Assembly (NCBI GenBank): GCA_003243275.1
Contig: QFQR01000008.1
Span: 11,618-75,617, forward strand
Origin: Leifsonia xyli
GTDB lineage: Bacteria; Actinomycetota; Actinomycetes; Actinomycetales; Microbacteriaceae
DNA length: 64,000 nucleotides
Direction: 5' to 3'
Made by a program: the position numbers and the translations under genes. A model generated the notes under the pieces. That model ran no database searches. It was given only the letters and a program-made list of their open reading frames with translations, and was not told the DNA's origin. Below are positions 44,222 through 52,370 of the stretch, one piece after another (within the stretch, counting starts at the first letter, position 1; each line of letters starts with the position of its first letter).

Positions 44222-45447
44222 AGAAGCTCTTCGCCGTCGCCCTCGGCGTGCTCACCGCGATCGGCGGCTTCGTCGACATCGGCGACCTGGTGACGAACGC
44301 CGTCGTCGGTTCGCGCTTCGGGATGTCGCTCGCCTGGGTGGTGCTTGTCGGCGTCGTCGGCATCTGCCTGTTCGCCAACATGTCGGGGCGCGTCGCCGCG
44401 GTGAGCGGACGCGCCACCTTCGAGATCATCCGCGAGCGCCTCGGGCCGCGCGCCGGGCTCGCCAACCTCGGTGCGAGCTTCTTCATCAACCTCATGACGA
44501 TGGCCGCCGAGATCGGCGGCATCGCCCTCGTGCTGCAGCTCGTCACCGGCATCGGCCCGCTGCTCTGGATGCCGCTGGCCGCCTTCGCCGTGTGGATCGT
44601 GGTGTGGCGTGCCAAGTTCTCCCAGCTCGAGAACGCCGCCGGGCTGCTGGGGCTCAGCCTGATCGTGTTCGCCGTCTCCGTGGTGATGCTCGGGCCCGAC
44701 TGGGGCGAGCTCGCGCATCAGGCGCTGCAGCCGAGCGTTCCGGCATCCGAGAACCCGGCCAGCTACTGGTACTACGCGGTCGCCCTGTTCGGGGCCGCGA
44801 TGACGCCGTACGAGGTGTTCTTCTTCTCCTCCGGGGCCATCGAAGAGGGCTGGACCCGCAAGGACCTCGGCCAGGAGCGGATCAACGTGCTCGTCGGCTT
44901 CCCGCTCGGCGGGCTGCTGTCGCTCGCCATCGCGGCATCCGCGACCATCGTGCTGCTGCCGCAGGCGATCGCCGTGACCTCGCTGTCGCAGGTGGTGCTG
45001 CCCGTCGTGCAGGCGGGCGGCACGATCGCGTTCTGCTTCCTCGTGGTCGGGATGCTGGCCGCCTTCTTCGGGGCCGCTCTCGAGACGACCCTGTCGAGCG
45101 GGTACACGATCGCGCAGTACTTCGGATGGTCGTGGGGCAAGTTCCGCCGCCCGGCGCAGGCCGCGCGGTTCCACCTCGTGATGATCGTCGGGCTGCTGCT
45201 GGCCCTCGCGATCCTGCTGACGGGTGTCGACCCGGTCGCGGTGACCGAGTACTCGGTGGTGTTCTCCGCGGTCGCGCTGCCGCTCACCTACATCCCGATC
45301 CTGATCATCTCGAACGACCCCGACTACATGGGCGCCGACGTCAACGGCCGCGCCGTGAACGGGATGGCGCTCGTCTACCTCGTGCTGATCCTGGTCGCCG
45401 CGGTGGCGGCGATCCCCCTCATGATCGTGACCGGGGCGGGCGCATGA
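44218..45447 (+). CDS. Nramp-family divalent metal (Mn/Fe or Mg) transporter
   Basis: 409 aa with 11 TM helices. The N-terminal AIGGFVDIGDLVTNAVVGSRFG corresponds to the Nramp DPGN-region variant. GTG start. Confidence 0.8.
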   Translation: MKKLFAVALGVLTAIGGFVDIGDLVTNAVVGSRFGMSLAWVVLVGVVGICLFANMSGRVAAVSGRATFEIIRERLGPRAGLANLGASFFINLMTMAAEIGGIALVLQLVTGIGPLLWMPLAAFAVWIVVWRAKFSQLENAAGLLGLSLIVFAVSVVMLGPDWGELAHQALQPSVPASENPASYWYYAVALFGAAMTPYEVFFFSSGAIEEGWTRKDLGQERINVLVGFPLGGLLSLAIAASATIVLLPQAIAVTSLSQVVLPVVQAGGTIAFCFLVVGMLAAFFGAALETTLSSGYTIAQYFGWSWGKFRRPAQAARFHLVMIVGLLLALAILLTGVDPVAVTEYSVVFSAVALPLTYIPILIISNDPDYMGADVNGRAVNGMALVYLVLILVAAVAAIPLMIVTGAGA

Positions 45448-45833
45448 GCAAGCACCCCTCGGTGCGCGCCGGGCGCATCATCGACGCGCAGCTGCACCTG
45501 CTCGACCGGCAGGTGCTCGATCGCGAGGGCGTGCCGGTGACCGCGGTCGACGACCTCGAGCTGAGCGACATCCCCTTCGACGCCGACCTCGACGGTGTCG
45601 CCGCGCCCGTCGTCGAGAACCTGCTGAGCGGGGCGGTGCTCGGCACCCGCATCTTCGGGGGCCGCCCACCGGCGAGCCGCTGGCACCGCATCCCGTGGGG
45701 CTCGATCGCGGAGCTCGGCATCGCGCTCAGCCTCGACGCGCACGCGGAGGACTTCGAGCTCACCTGGCCGGAGCGCTGGGTGCGCGACCACATCATCGGC
45801 CGCATCCCCGGAGGTCGCCATGATCCTGAGTGA
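45444..45833 (+). CDS. hypothetical cytoplasmic protein (possibly PRC-barrel-like), coupled to the Nramp gene
   Basis: ATGA overlap with the Nramp stop. The product is MSKHPSVRAGRIIDAQLHLLDRQVLDREGVPVTAVDDLEL.... Confidence 0.6.
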   Translation: MSKHPSVRAGRIIDAQLHLLDRQVLDREGVPVTAVDDLELSDIPFDADLDGVAAPVVENLLSGAVLGTRIFGGRPPASRWHRIPWGSIAELGIALSLDAHAEDFELTWPERWVRDHIIGRIPGGRHDPE

Positions 45834-46158
45834 CGTGCTCGGTCACGAGGTGCGCGAGGTCGACAGCACGCGCGTCGGCCGGGTCATCGACGCGCGCTTC
45901 CGGCTCGAGGGCTCGGGCACGCCGTCGCAGGCGCGGCTCGTGGGGTTCATCGTGAGTCCGCGGTCGGCGGCGTCGTTCCTCGGCTACGAGCGCACGGTCG
46001 CCTCCCGGCCCGTCATCGTCGACCGCATCCTGCGGCACCTGCACCGCGGCTCGTTCCTCGTGCGGTGGGAGGATGTGGCGCGGATCGAGTCGGCCGGGCG
46101 CGTGCTGCTGCGCGACGGCTACGAGCGGCTGCCGTCGGAGCTGGACGCGGAGGGGTAG
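45820..46158 (+). CDS. PRC-barrel domain protein
   Basis: MILSDVLGHEVREVDSTRVGRVIDARFRLE fits the L.G..V....G..lG.V.D PRC-barrel N-terminus. It overlaps the previous gene by 14 nt. Confidence 0.65.
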   Translation: MILSDVLGHEVREVDSTRVGRVIDARFRLEGSGTPSQARLVGFIVSPRSAASFLGYERTVASRPVIVDRILRHLHRGSFLVRWEDVARIESAGRVLLRDGYERLPSELDAEG

Positions 46159-46164
46159 GACGCC

Positions 46165-47421
46165 TCACGGCCCCAGCATCGTGATCGGAACGACGAGCAC
46201 GCCGTCTTCCCGACGGAACATGTACCGGCCCGCCGTGACGACCACGAGCGCGGTCGGCGATCCGTGGCGGTCGGCGTCCACCCTGGTCGCGAAGGAGAGA
46301 AGCGACTCGGCCGCCGAGTCCGCCGCCGCCTCACCGAGCTTGAACTCGAAGGCCGCCCAGCGCCCGCCGGGAAGTTCCAGCACAGCATCGACTTCGCGAC
46401 CCGACTTCGTGTCGCGCCATGACGAGAGCCACCCGCCGAGCGCCTGCGCGTAGACCCGGAGATCACGCAGGACGAGCGACTCGAAGTGGAAGCCTGCGGC
46501 CCCGAGGTCGGCGAGCAGTTCGCGCGTGCCCACTCGCAGCGCGGCGAGACCGAGCGAAGGATCCACGAAATGATGCACCGGCGTGGTCCTGAGTTGCGCC
46601 CGCGACCTCATGTGCGGGCGCCACGCAGGGAGGGGCTCGAGCAGCATGAGCCGCTCGAGCACATCAAGGTAGTGGGTGAGAGTCTCGGTAGCCACCGGCC
46701 CCCCGGCGCCGCCCACCTCGCCGGCAAGAACCGAACGGTTGAGCGGGGTGCCCACCGCGCGGCCCAAGGCCGAGAACAGGCGCGCGAGTCTCACCGGATC
46801 TCGGCGCGGCCCCATCGCGGGGACATCCACTTCGGCGACGTTCGCAAGATAGGCCTCGACCCAGGCTCGTGCGTCCCGCTCGTCGAACCCCTGGGTCGCC
46901 GGCCACCCGCCGACCACCATCCGCTCGAAGACCTCGGGGATGGTCAGCGCTGCCGGCCTGGCCACGGCCGGATCGCTTCCCTCCATGAGATGCGCGAGTC
47001 TCACCGAGCCCGATGAGTGACCCGACTCGAAAAGACTCATCGGGCGCATGCTCAGACGTCCGATGCGGCCCGCACCCGAGTGCATTCGCGCGGTATCACG
47101 CGGCCGCGCCGAGCCGGTCAACAGGTAGAGCCCACGCTCGTCGTGGTCGTCGACGGCTCGTCGTACGAGGTTCCAGATCTCCGGCGCCTCTTGCCACTCG
47201 TCGAACAAGATCGGCGCCGGGTACTCGAACAACTGAGCGGGATAGGTCTCGATCGCCGCCCGCGCGGCGGAGTCCTCGTCCATACGCAGTGTCGTTCGAG
47301 CATGCTGGGATGCGGTCCTCGTCTTCCCGACTGCTTTCGGACCTTCGATGAGAACGGCACCCATGATCCGGAGGCGCTGCTGCAGCTCATGATCTACGAC
47401 GCGCGGACGATAGTCTGTCAT
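46165..47421 (-). CDS. AAA-type ATPase with DUF4143 C-terminal domain
   Basis: Walker A IEGPKAVGKT, Walker B-like LFDEWQE, then the DUF4143-type region (...HYLDVLERLMLLEPLPAW...). 418 aa. Confidence 0.8.
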   Translation of the reverse strand: MTDYRPRVVDHELQQRLRIMGAVLIEGPKAVGKTRTASQHARTTLRMDEDSAARAAIETYPAQLFEYPAPILFDEWQEAPEIWNLVRRAVDDHDERGLYLLTGSARPRDTARMHSGAGRIGRLSMRPMSLFESGHSSGSVRLAHLMEGSDPAVARPAALTIPEVFERMVVGGWPATQGFDERDARAWVEAYLANVAEVDVPAMGPRRDPVRLARLFSALGRAVGTPLNRSVLAGEVGGAGGPVATETLTHYLDVLERLMLLEPLPAWRPHMRSRAQLRTTPVHHFVDPSLGLAALRVGTRELLADLGAAGFHFESLVLRDLRVYAQALGGWLSSWRDTKSGREVDAVLELPGGRWAAFEFKLGEAAADSAAESLLSFATRVDADRHGSPTALVVVTAGRYMFRREDGVLVVPITMLGP

Positions 47422-47436
47422 CGCCGGAGTCTAACT

Positions 47437-47489
47437 TTTATCCCAAGACAACTCTATGATTTATCCGATGTGAAATCGTCTTTTTATCC
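47437..47489. repeat. three TTTATCC direct repeats at exact 23-bp spacing in an AT-rich intergenic region
   Basis: TTTATCC occurs at 47437-47443, 47460-47466 and 47483-47489, between the divergent AAA-ATPase and alcohol-dehydrogenase genes. Confidence 0.6.
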
Positions 47490-47582
47490 GGATGATCCAA
47501 GTTGACGGCCGATCGGTAACCCGTCCCGCAGCCGACGTCAAGGGGCTGTCGACCACGCCCGGCCCTCGCGTAGACCGGGAGC

Positions 47583-48758
47583 ATGCGAGCAGTCACCTGG
47601 CAGGGCACGGGCAAGGTCGGAGCGGCGGACGTCGACGAGCCACGCATCATCGAACCGACCGATGCCGTCATCCGCGTCACCTCGGCGGCCGTCTGCGGAT
47701 CCGACCTGCACCTGCTGAGCGTGCTGGGTCCCTTCATGGACGCGGGCGACGTGCTCGGCCACGAGACGATGGGCGTCGTCGAGGAGGTCGGCCCCGCCGT
47801 GAGGAAGCTCGCGCCGGGCGACCGCGTGGTGATCCCCTTCGTCATCGCGTGCGGCGAGTGCTTCATGTGCGAACGCGGCCTGCAGACCCAGTGCGAGACG
47901 ACCCAGGGCCGCGAGCAGGGCACCGGCGCGACCCTCTACGGGTACAGCGAGCTCTACGGATCGGTTCCGGGCGGGCAGGCGGAGCGGCTGCGCGTCCTCC
48001 GCGCCGACTACAACGCGCTGAAGGTCGGCTCCGAGCTCCCCGACGAGCGCTACCTCTTCCTCAGCGACATCCTGCCCACCGCCTGGCAGGGGGTGCAGTA
48101 CGCGAACGTGCCCGGGGGCGGCACCATCGGCATCCTGGGCCTCGGCCCGGTCGGGCAGTTCGCGAGCCGCATCGCGCGGCACCTGGGCTACGAGGTGCTC
48201 GCCGTTGACCCGGTGCCCGAGCGCCGCGCGATGGCGGAGCGACACGGCATCGAGACCGCCGACCTCGACGAGCACGCCGCGGCATGGCTGCGGCAGCGCA
48301 CGATGGGGCGGGGTCCGGATGCGATGCTCGACGCCGTCGGGCTGGAGGCCCACGGCAACCCTGTGGCCGGTTTCGCGCAGTTCGCGACCGGGCTGCTGCC
48401 CGACCCGATCGCCCAGAAGCTCGCGAAGACCGTCGGCGTCGACCGCCTCGCCGCGATGATGCTCGCGATCGATTCGGTGCGCCGGGGCGGAACCGTCTCG
48501 CTCAGCGGGGTGTACGGAGGCGTCGCCGATCCGATGCCCCTCATGACCCTGTTCGACAAGCAGATCGCTCTGCGGATGGGGCAGTGCAACGTGCACCACT
48601 GGCGCGAGGAGCTGCTGACGCTCGTCGAGGACCCGGCCGACCCGCTCGGCACCGAGGACCTGGTGACCCATCGCGGCACGCTCGACGACGCGGCAGAGCT
48701 CTACACGACCTTCCGCGACAAGGAGCACGGCTGCATCAAGGTGGTGCTCCAGCCGTGA
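47583..48758 (+). CDS. zinc-dependent alcohol/formaldehyde dehydrogenase family (MDR) oxidoreductase
   Basis: Catalytic zinc motif CGSDLH...GHETMG, structural zinc cluster CGECFMCERGLQTQC, and Rossmann motif GLGPVG. Confidence 0.85.
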   Translation: MRAVTWQGTGKVGAADVDEPRIIEPTDAVIRVTSAAVCGSDLHLLSVLGPFMDAGDVLGHETMGVVEEVGPAVRKLAPGDRVVIPFVIACGECFMCERGLQTQCETTQGREQGTGATLYGYSELYGSVPGGQAERLRVLRADYNALKVGSELPDERYLFLSDILPTAWQGVQYANVPGGGTIGILGLGPVGQFASRIARHLGYEVLAVDPVPERRAMAERHGIETADLDEHAAAWLRQRTMGRGPDAMLDAVGLEAHGNPVAGFAQFATGLLPDPIAQKLAKTVGVDRLAAMMLAIDSVRRGGTVSLSGVYGGVADPMPLMTLFDKQIALRMGQCNVHHWREELLTLVEDPADPLGTEDLVTHRGTLDDAAELYTTFRDKEHGCIKVVLQP

Positions 48759-48775
48759 CGGAGAAGGAGAACACG

Positions 48776-48925
48776 ATGACGGACACCCAGGGATTCGGCG
48801 ATCGGCCGGACGACGAGGTCGACGACGACCCTCAGGGCATGAAGGGTCAACTGGATGACTCGATGAACGGCCTCGAAGAGGACGACAACGAGGGCGAGGC
48901 CTCTCGCGGGATCCCGCAAGGCTGA
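48776..48925 (+). CDS. small highly acidic protein (49 aa)
   Basis: A strong RBS GAGAAGGAGA lies 5 nt upstream of ATG 48776. The product is MTDTQGFGDRPDDEVDDDPQGMKGQLDDSMNGLEEDDNEGEASRGIPQG. Confidence 0.4.
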   Translation: MTDTQGFGDRPDDEVDDDPQGMKGQLDDSMNGLEEDDNEGEASRGIPQG

Positions 48926-48951
48926 GCCGAAGGCCGAAAGACGGGACGACC

Positions 48952-49917
48952 ATGACGAACTGGGGCTACACCCTGATGACCGAGCAGAGCGGTCCGCGTG
49001 AGCTGGTCGGCTACGCGGCGCGCGCCGAGGAGGCGGGGTTCTCGTTCGAGGTGGCGAGCGACCACTTCTCACCGTGGCTCGTCGAGCAAGGCCACGCGCC
49101 CTACGCGTGGAGCGTGCTCGGCGCGGTGATGCAGGCGACGCGCGAGGTGGAGCTCATGACGTACGTCACCTGCCCGACGCTCCGGTACCACCCCGCGGTC
49201 GTGGCGCAGAAGGCGGCGACCATGTCGCTGTTGAGCGAGGGTCGCTTCACGCTGAACGTGGGTTCGGGCGAGAACCTGAACGAGCACGTCGTCGGCGAGG
49301 GCTGGCCGGCGGTCGACGCGCGACAGGACATGCTCGCGGAGGCGCTGGAGATCATCCGCGAGCTGCACACGGGCGAGCTGGTGACCTACGACGGCGCGTA
49401 CTTCCGCGTCGACTCGGCGCGCATCTGGGACTGCCCGGACGAGGGGGTGCCGCTCGGCGTGGCCGTCTTCGGCGAGAAGTCGGTGGAGCGGTTCGGGCCG
49501 CTCGCCGACCACCTCGTGCAGGTGACGCCGGACGCGCAGCTCATCGAGCAGTGGACGTCGACCCACGACGGGCCCTCGCGGGTGATCGGCCAGCTGCCGA
49601 TCGCCTGGGCGCCCGATGAGGAGACGGCGGTCCGCATCGCGCACGAGCAGTTCCGCTGGTTCGGCGGCGGATGGGGCGTCAACGCCGACCTGCCGACCCC
49701 GGCCGGCTTCGAGGCTGCGTCGCAGTTCGTGCGCCCGGAGGACGTGGCGGAGGCGATCGCGTGCGGGCCCGACCTCGACAGGCTCGCGGAGAGCGCGCGC
49801 CCGTTCGTCGAGGCGGGCTTCACGGATGTCGCCCTCGTGCAGATCGGCGATCAGCTGCAGGAGCGCTTCCTCGCGGAGGCCGCCGAACCGCTGCTCGAGC
49901 GGCTGCGGGCGCTCTGA
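48952..49917 (+). CDS. LLM-class (luciferase-like) flavin/F420-dependent oxidoreductase, G6PDH-related subgroup
   Basis: GYTLMTEQSGPRELV...EVASDHFSPW...YAWSVLGAV...RFTLNVGSGENLNEHV is the pattern of the F420-dependent G6PDH-family LLM proteins. Confidence 0.8.
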   Translation: MTNWGYTLMTEQSGPRELVGYAARAEEAGFSFEVASDHFSPWLVEQGHAPYAWSVLGAVMQATREVELMTYVTCPTLRYHPAVVAQKAATMSLLSEGRFTLNVGSGENLNEHVVGEGWPAVDARQDMLAEALEIIRELHTGELVTYDGAYFRVDSARIWDCPDEGVPLGVAVFGEKSVERFGPLADHLVQVTPDAQLIEQWTSTHDGPSRVIGQLPIAWAPDEETAVRIAHEQFRWFGGGWGVNADLPTPAGFEAASQFVRPEDVAEAIACGPDLDRLAESARPFVEAGFTDVALVQIGDQLQERFLAEAAEPLLERLRAL

Positions 49918-49936
49918 CCTCGGCCCACGGCGCGGG

Positions 49937-50821
49937 TCAGAAGCCGAGCTCGGCGAGCGCGCGCGGCAGCTCCGGCGGGAGTTCGCGCGCGAGGTAGCCG
50001 AGGGTGCCGATGCGGGCGCCGAGACGCTCGCCTGCCACCGCGTGCAGGTAGCTTCCCCAGACGGCGGCCCGCGCCGGCTCCACGCCCCGGGCGGCGAGCC
50101 CGGCCACGGCCCCCGCCAGCACGTCACCGCTGCCCGAGGTGCCGAGTCCGCTCGATCCCTCCGGTGCCCTCCAGGTGCGTCCGTCCGGGGCGGCGACGCT
50201 GCCGTAGCAGGCGACCACGGCATCCAAGCGTCGGGCGATGGTCGCGCACGCGACGGCGAGCTCGTCGAGTTCTCCGCCCAGCAGCAGCTCCGCCTCGTCA
50301 AGATTCGGGGTGAGGATGAGGCGCTCCGGCAGCCCGCGGCGCAGCGCGGGGTCGCGCGCGAGGGCGCCGAGCGCGTAGGCGTCGAGCACGGCGACGGCGT
50401 CGGCATCCGGGTACGCCCCGAGCAGCGCGGCCGTCTCGTCGATGTCGTCGAGGCCCGGGCCCACGAGCACCGCGTCGGCCGCGTCGAGGTCGTCGGCGAT
50501 CGCGGATGCCGCCGCGGCGCCGTCGATGTGACCGCGGCGCTCCGCGAGCGGCACCACGCCGCACTCGGGAAGCGCCACGGCGAACTGCGGCGCGACGGAT
50601 GCGGCGATCGCCACGGTGAGCCGGCCCGCGCCCACGCGCAGCGCCGCCTCCCCGGCTAGCCTCGCGGCACCCGGCGAGCGGGCGTCCCCGCCGACGACCA
50701 GCACCTGGCCGCGGCTGTACTTCGACTCCCCGCCGTCGGGCAGGCCCCAATCGCGGAGCAGTTCGGGCGTCACCTCGGTGACGGAGGCCTCCGGGCCGCC
50801 GCTCTCAGAGGACGTCGGCAT
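49937..50821 (-). CDS. nnrD: ADP-dependent NAD(P)H-hydrate dehydratase
   Basis: KYSRGQVLVVGG, GAARLAGEAALRVGAG and GTSGSGDVLAG are YjeF C-terminal domain motifs. The start is uncertain (ATG 50821 preferred, alternative 50854). Confidence 0.8.
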   Translation of the reverse strand: MPTSSESGGPEASVTEVTPELLRDWGLPDGGESKYSRGQVLVVGGDARSPGAARLAGEAALRVGAGRLTVAIAASVAPQFAVALPECGVVPLAERRGHIDGAAAASAIADDLDAADAVLVGPGLDDIDETAALLGAYPDADAVAVLDAYALGALARDPALRRGLPERLILTPNLDEAELLLGGELDELAVACATIARRLDAVVACYGSVAAPDGRTWRAPEGSSGLGTSGSGDVLAGAVAGLAARGVEPARAAVWGSYLHAVAGERLGARIGTLGYLARELPPELPRALAELGF

Positions 50822-51545
50822 GGGGGTCCTCCTGGTGCACGGTGACGGGAGCATCGTCGGCGTGCAGGTGGGCGGTGTCGGCGAAGCCCGCCACGCGCCA
50901 CCCGTCGCCCTCCGGTAGCAGGGTCGTGACGGTGGCGTTCCCGACCGGGCGGCAGGCCACGGCCTCCAGGATCTCGGCCTCCGACATCCCGCACAGCACG
51001 TAGACGATGAGGCTCACGACCACATCGTGAGCGACGATGAGCGTCGGCCGACCGGATGCGGTGATCTCGGGCAGCACCGAGCGCAGGCGCAGCGCGACAT
51101 CCGCCCACGACTCCCCGCCGGGCGGGCGGTACCAGAACTTGCCGAGCCGCAGGCGTCGCTCGGCCTCCTCGGGGAATCTCGCCTGCACGCCGTGCGAACT
51201 GAGCAGGTCGAGGATCCCGAGCTCGCGGTCACGCAGCCGATCGTCGACGTGCAACTCGGCGGGGAAACCGGCACGCGCGCAGGCGAGTGCGGCCGTGTCG
51301 CGGGCGCGCAGGTACGGAGAGCACCAGATCGCGGGGACGGGCTGCCGCTCGGCGAGCCACTCGCCGAGCGCCGCCGCCTGTTCGCGCCCCGCCTCGGTGA
51401 GCGGGGTGTCGGCGTCGCGTGTCTCGATCGCGAGCCGCTCCTCGCCGGCGAGCTCCGCGCGGGTGGCCGCCACGTTGCCCGCGCTCTCGCCGTGGCGTGC
51501 CAGCCACAGCGGGGCGGCGGGCGCGCGCGTTGCAGGCTCGGACAT
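50805..51545 (-). CDS. histidine phosphatase (phosphoglycerate mutase-like) family protein
   Basis: The RHGE catalytic motif is in LWLARHGESAGN, followed by TEAGREQA and SPYLRARDTA. Confidence 0.8.
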   Translation of the reverse strand: MSEPATRAPAAPLWLARHGESAGNVAATRAELAGEERLAIETRDADTPLTEAGREQAAALGEWLAERQPVPAIWCSPYLRARDTAALACARAGFPAELHVDDRLRDRELGILDLLSSHGVQARFPEEAERRLRLGKFWYRPPGGESWADVALRLRSVLPEITASGRPTLIVAHDVVVSLIVYVLCGMSEAEILEAVACRPVGNATVTTLLPEGDGWRVAGFADTAHLHADDAPVTVHQEDPHADVL

Positions 51546-51559
51546 CCGCGGGCCTCCCG

Positions 51560-52108
51560 CTACTTCGATCCCGCCGGCTTCCGGTTCTCGGCCGACACCA
51601 TCCAGGCGTACTGCTCCAGCGACTCGATGATCTGATGCAGAATGTCGGCGGTCGTCGGGTCCTCCTCGTCGACCGGGTCGTGCACCTCGCGCATCGTGCC
51701 GACCACCGCCTCGAGCCGCACCGTGACGAGGTCGATGACGTCGTTCGTGTCGATCTCCCCGTTCGGGAACTCGGGCAGCGTGGTGGTCGCGGCGACGGTG
51801 TCGCTGCGGCCGTCCGGGATGCCGTGCAGCGCCCGCATCCGCTCCGCGACCTCGTCGCTGAACCCGCGAGCCGCGTCGATGATCTCGTCGAGGATGCGGT
51901 GGGTGTCGCGGAAGTTGCGGCCGACGACGTTCCAGTGGGCCTGCTTGCCCTGACCGGCCAGCTCGATGAGGTCGACGAGCACCTTCTGCAGGTTGTCGAT
52001 CAGCTCCTTCGAGGCGGTGAAGCCGCGCTCGGCATTCTGCCGACGGCTGGTGCGCGCGCCGGCTCCCGCCGCGGGACGCTTGGCGGCGGACGCGGCGGCG
52101 GGGCTCAT
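51560..52108 (-). CDS. dps: Dps (DNA protection during starvation) ferritin-like protein with basic N-terminal tail
   Basis: QAHWNVVGRNFRDTHRILDE is the ferroxidase-site helix, with DPTTADIL downstream. The Lys/Arg-rich tail is AAKRPAAGAGARTSRRQ. Confidence 0.9.
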   Translation of the reverse strand: MSPAAASAAKRPAAGAGARTSRRQNAERGFTASKELIDNLQKVLVDLIELAGQGKQAHWNVVGRNFRDTHRILDEIIDAARGFSDEVAERMRALHGIPDGRSDTVAATTTLPEFPNGEIDTNDVIDLVTVRLEAVVGTMREVHDPVDEEDPTTADILHQIIESLEQYAWMVSAENRKPAGSK

Positions 52109-52308
52109 TCTTCGCCCTCCCGCCGGATGTCCTCGAGCGTCTCGTGCCCCGTCACGCCCTGCGCGGTGAGGCTGCTCTCGATGTCCTCCGACTGCCCAGA
52201 GTCGACGATGTCGTAGGTCTGGGCCGAATCCGACTGGCTGCCGCTCGCGTTGCTGCCGGGATCGTCCGTCTGCGGTTCGTTCGTGTGCGTGCCGTTCGTG
52301 TCGCTCAT
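52105..52308 (-). CDS. small acidic Ser/Asp/Glu-rich protein (67 aa) coupled to dps
   Basis: ATG 52308 gives MSDTNGTHTNEPQTDDPGSNASGSQSDSAQTYDIVDSGQSEDIESS...RREGEE. The stop overlaps the dps start (ATGA). Confidence 0.45.
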   Translation of the reverse strand: MSDTNGTHTNEPQTDDPGSNASGSQSDSAQTYDIVDSGQSEDIESSLTAQGVTGHETLEDIRREGEE

Positions 52309-52370
52309 GCGGGCGACGCTACGCGCGGCGTTCCGGGCCGGGCAGGGGGTTGACGCCGCGGAACCTACCG

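Noticed and set aside
47437-47489. TTATCC repeats as DnaA boxes marking a replication origin.
   Set aside because: Only the first six bases match the DnaA-box consensus. No dnaA/dnaN/gyrB or other origin-linked genes are nearby, and there are only three copies. I kept them as a regulatory repeat of unknown function instead.
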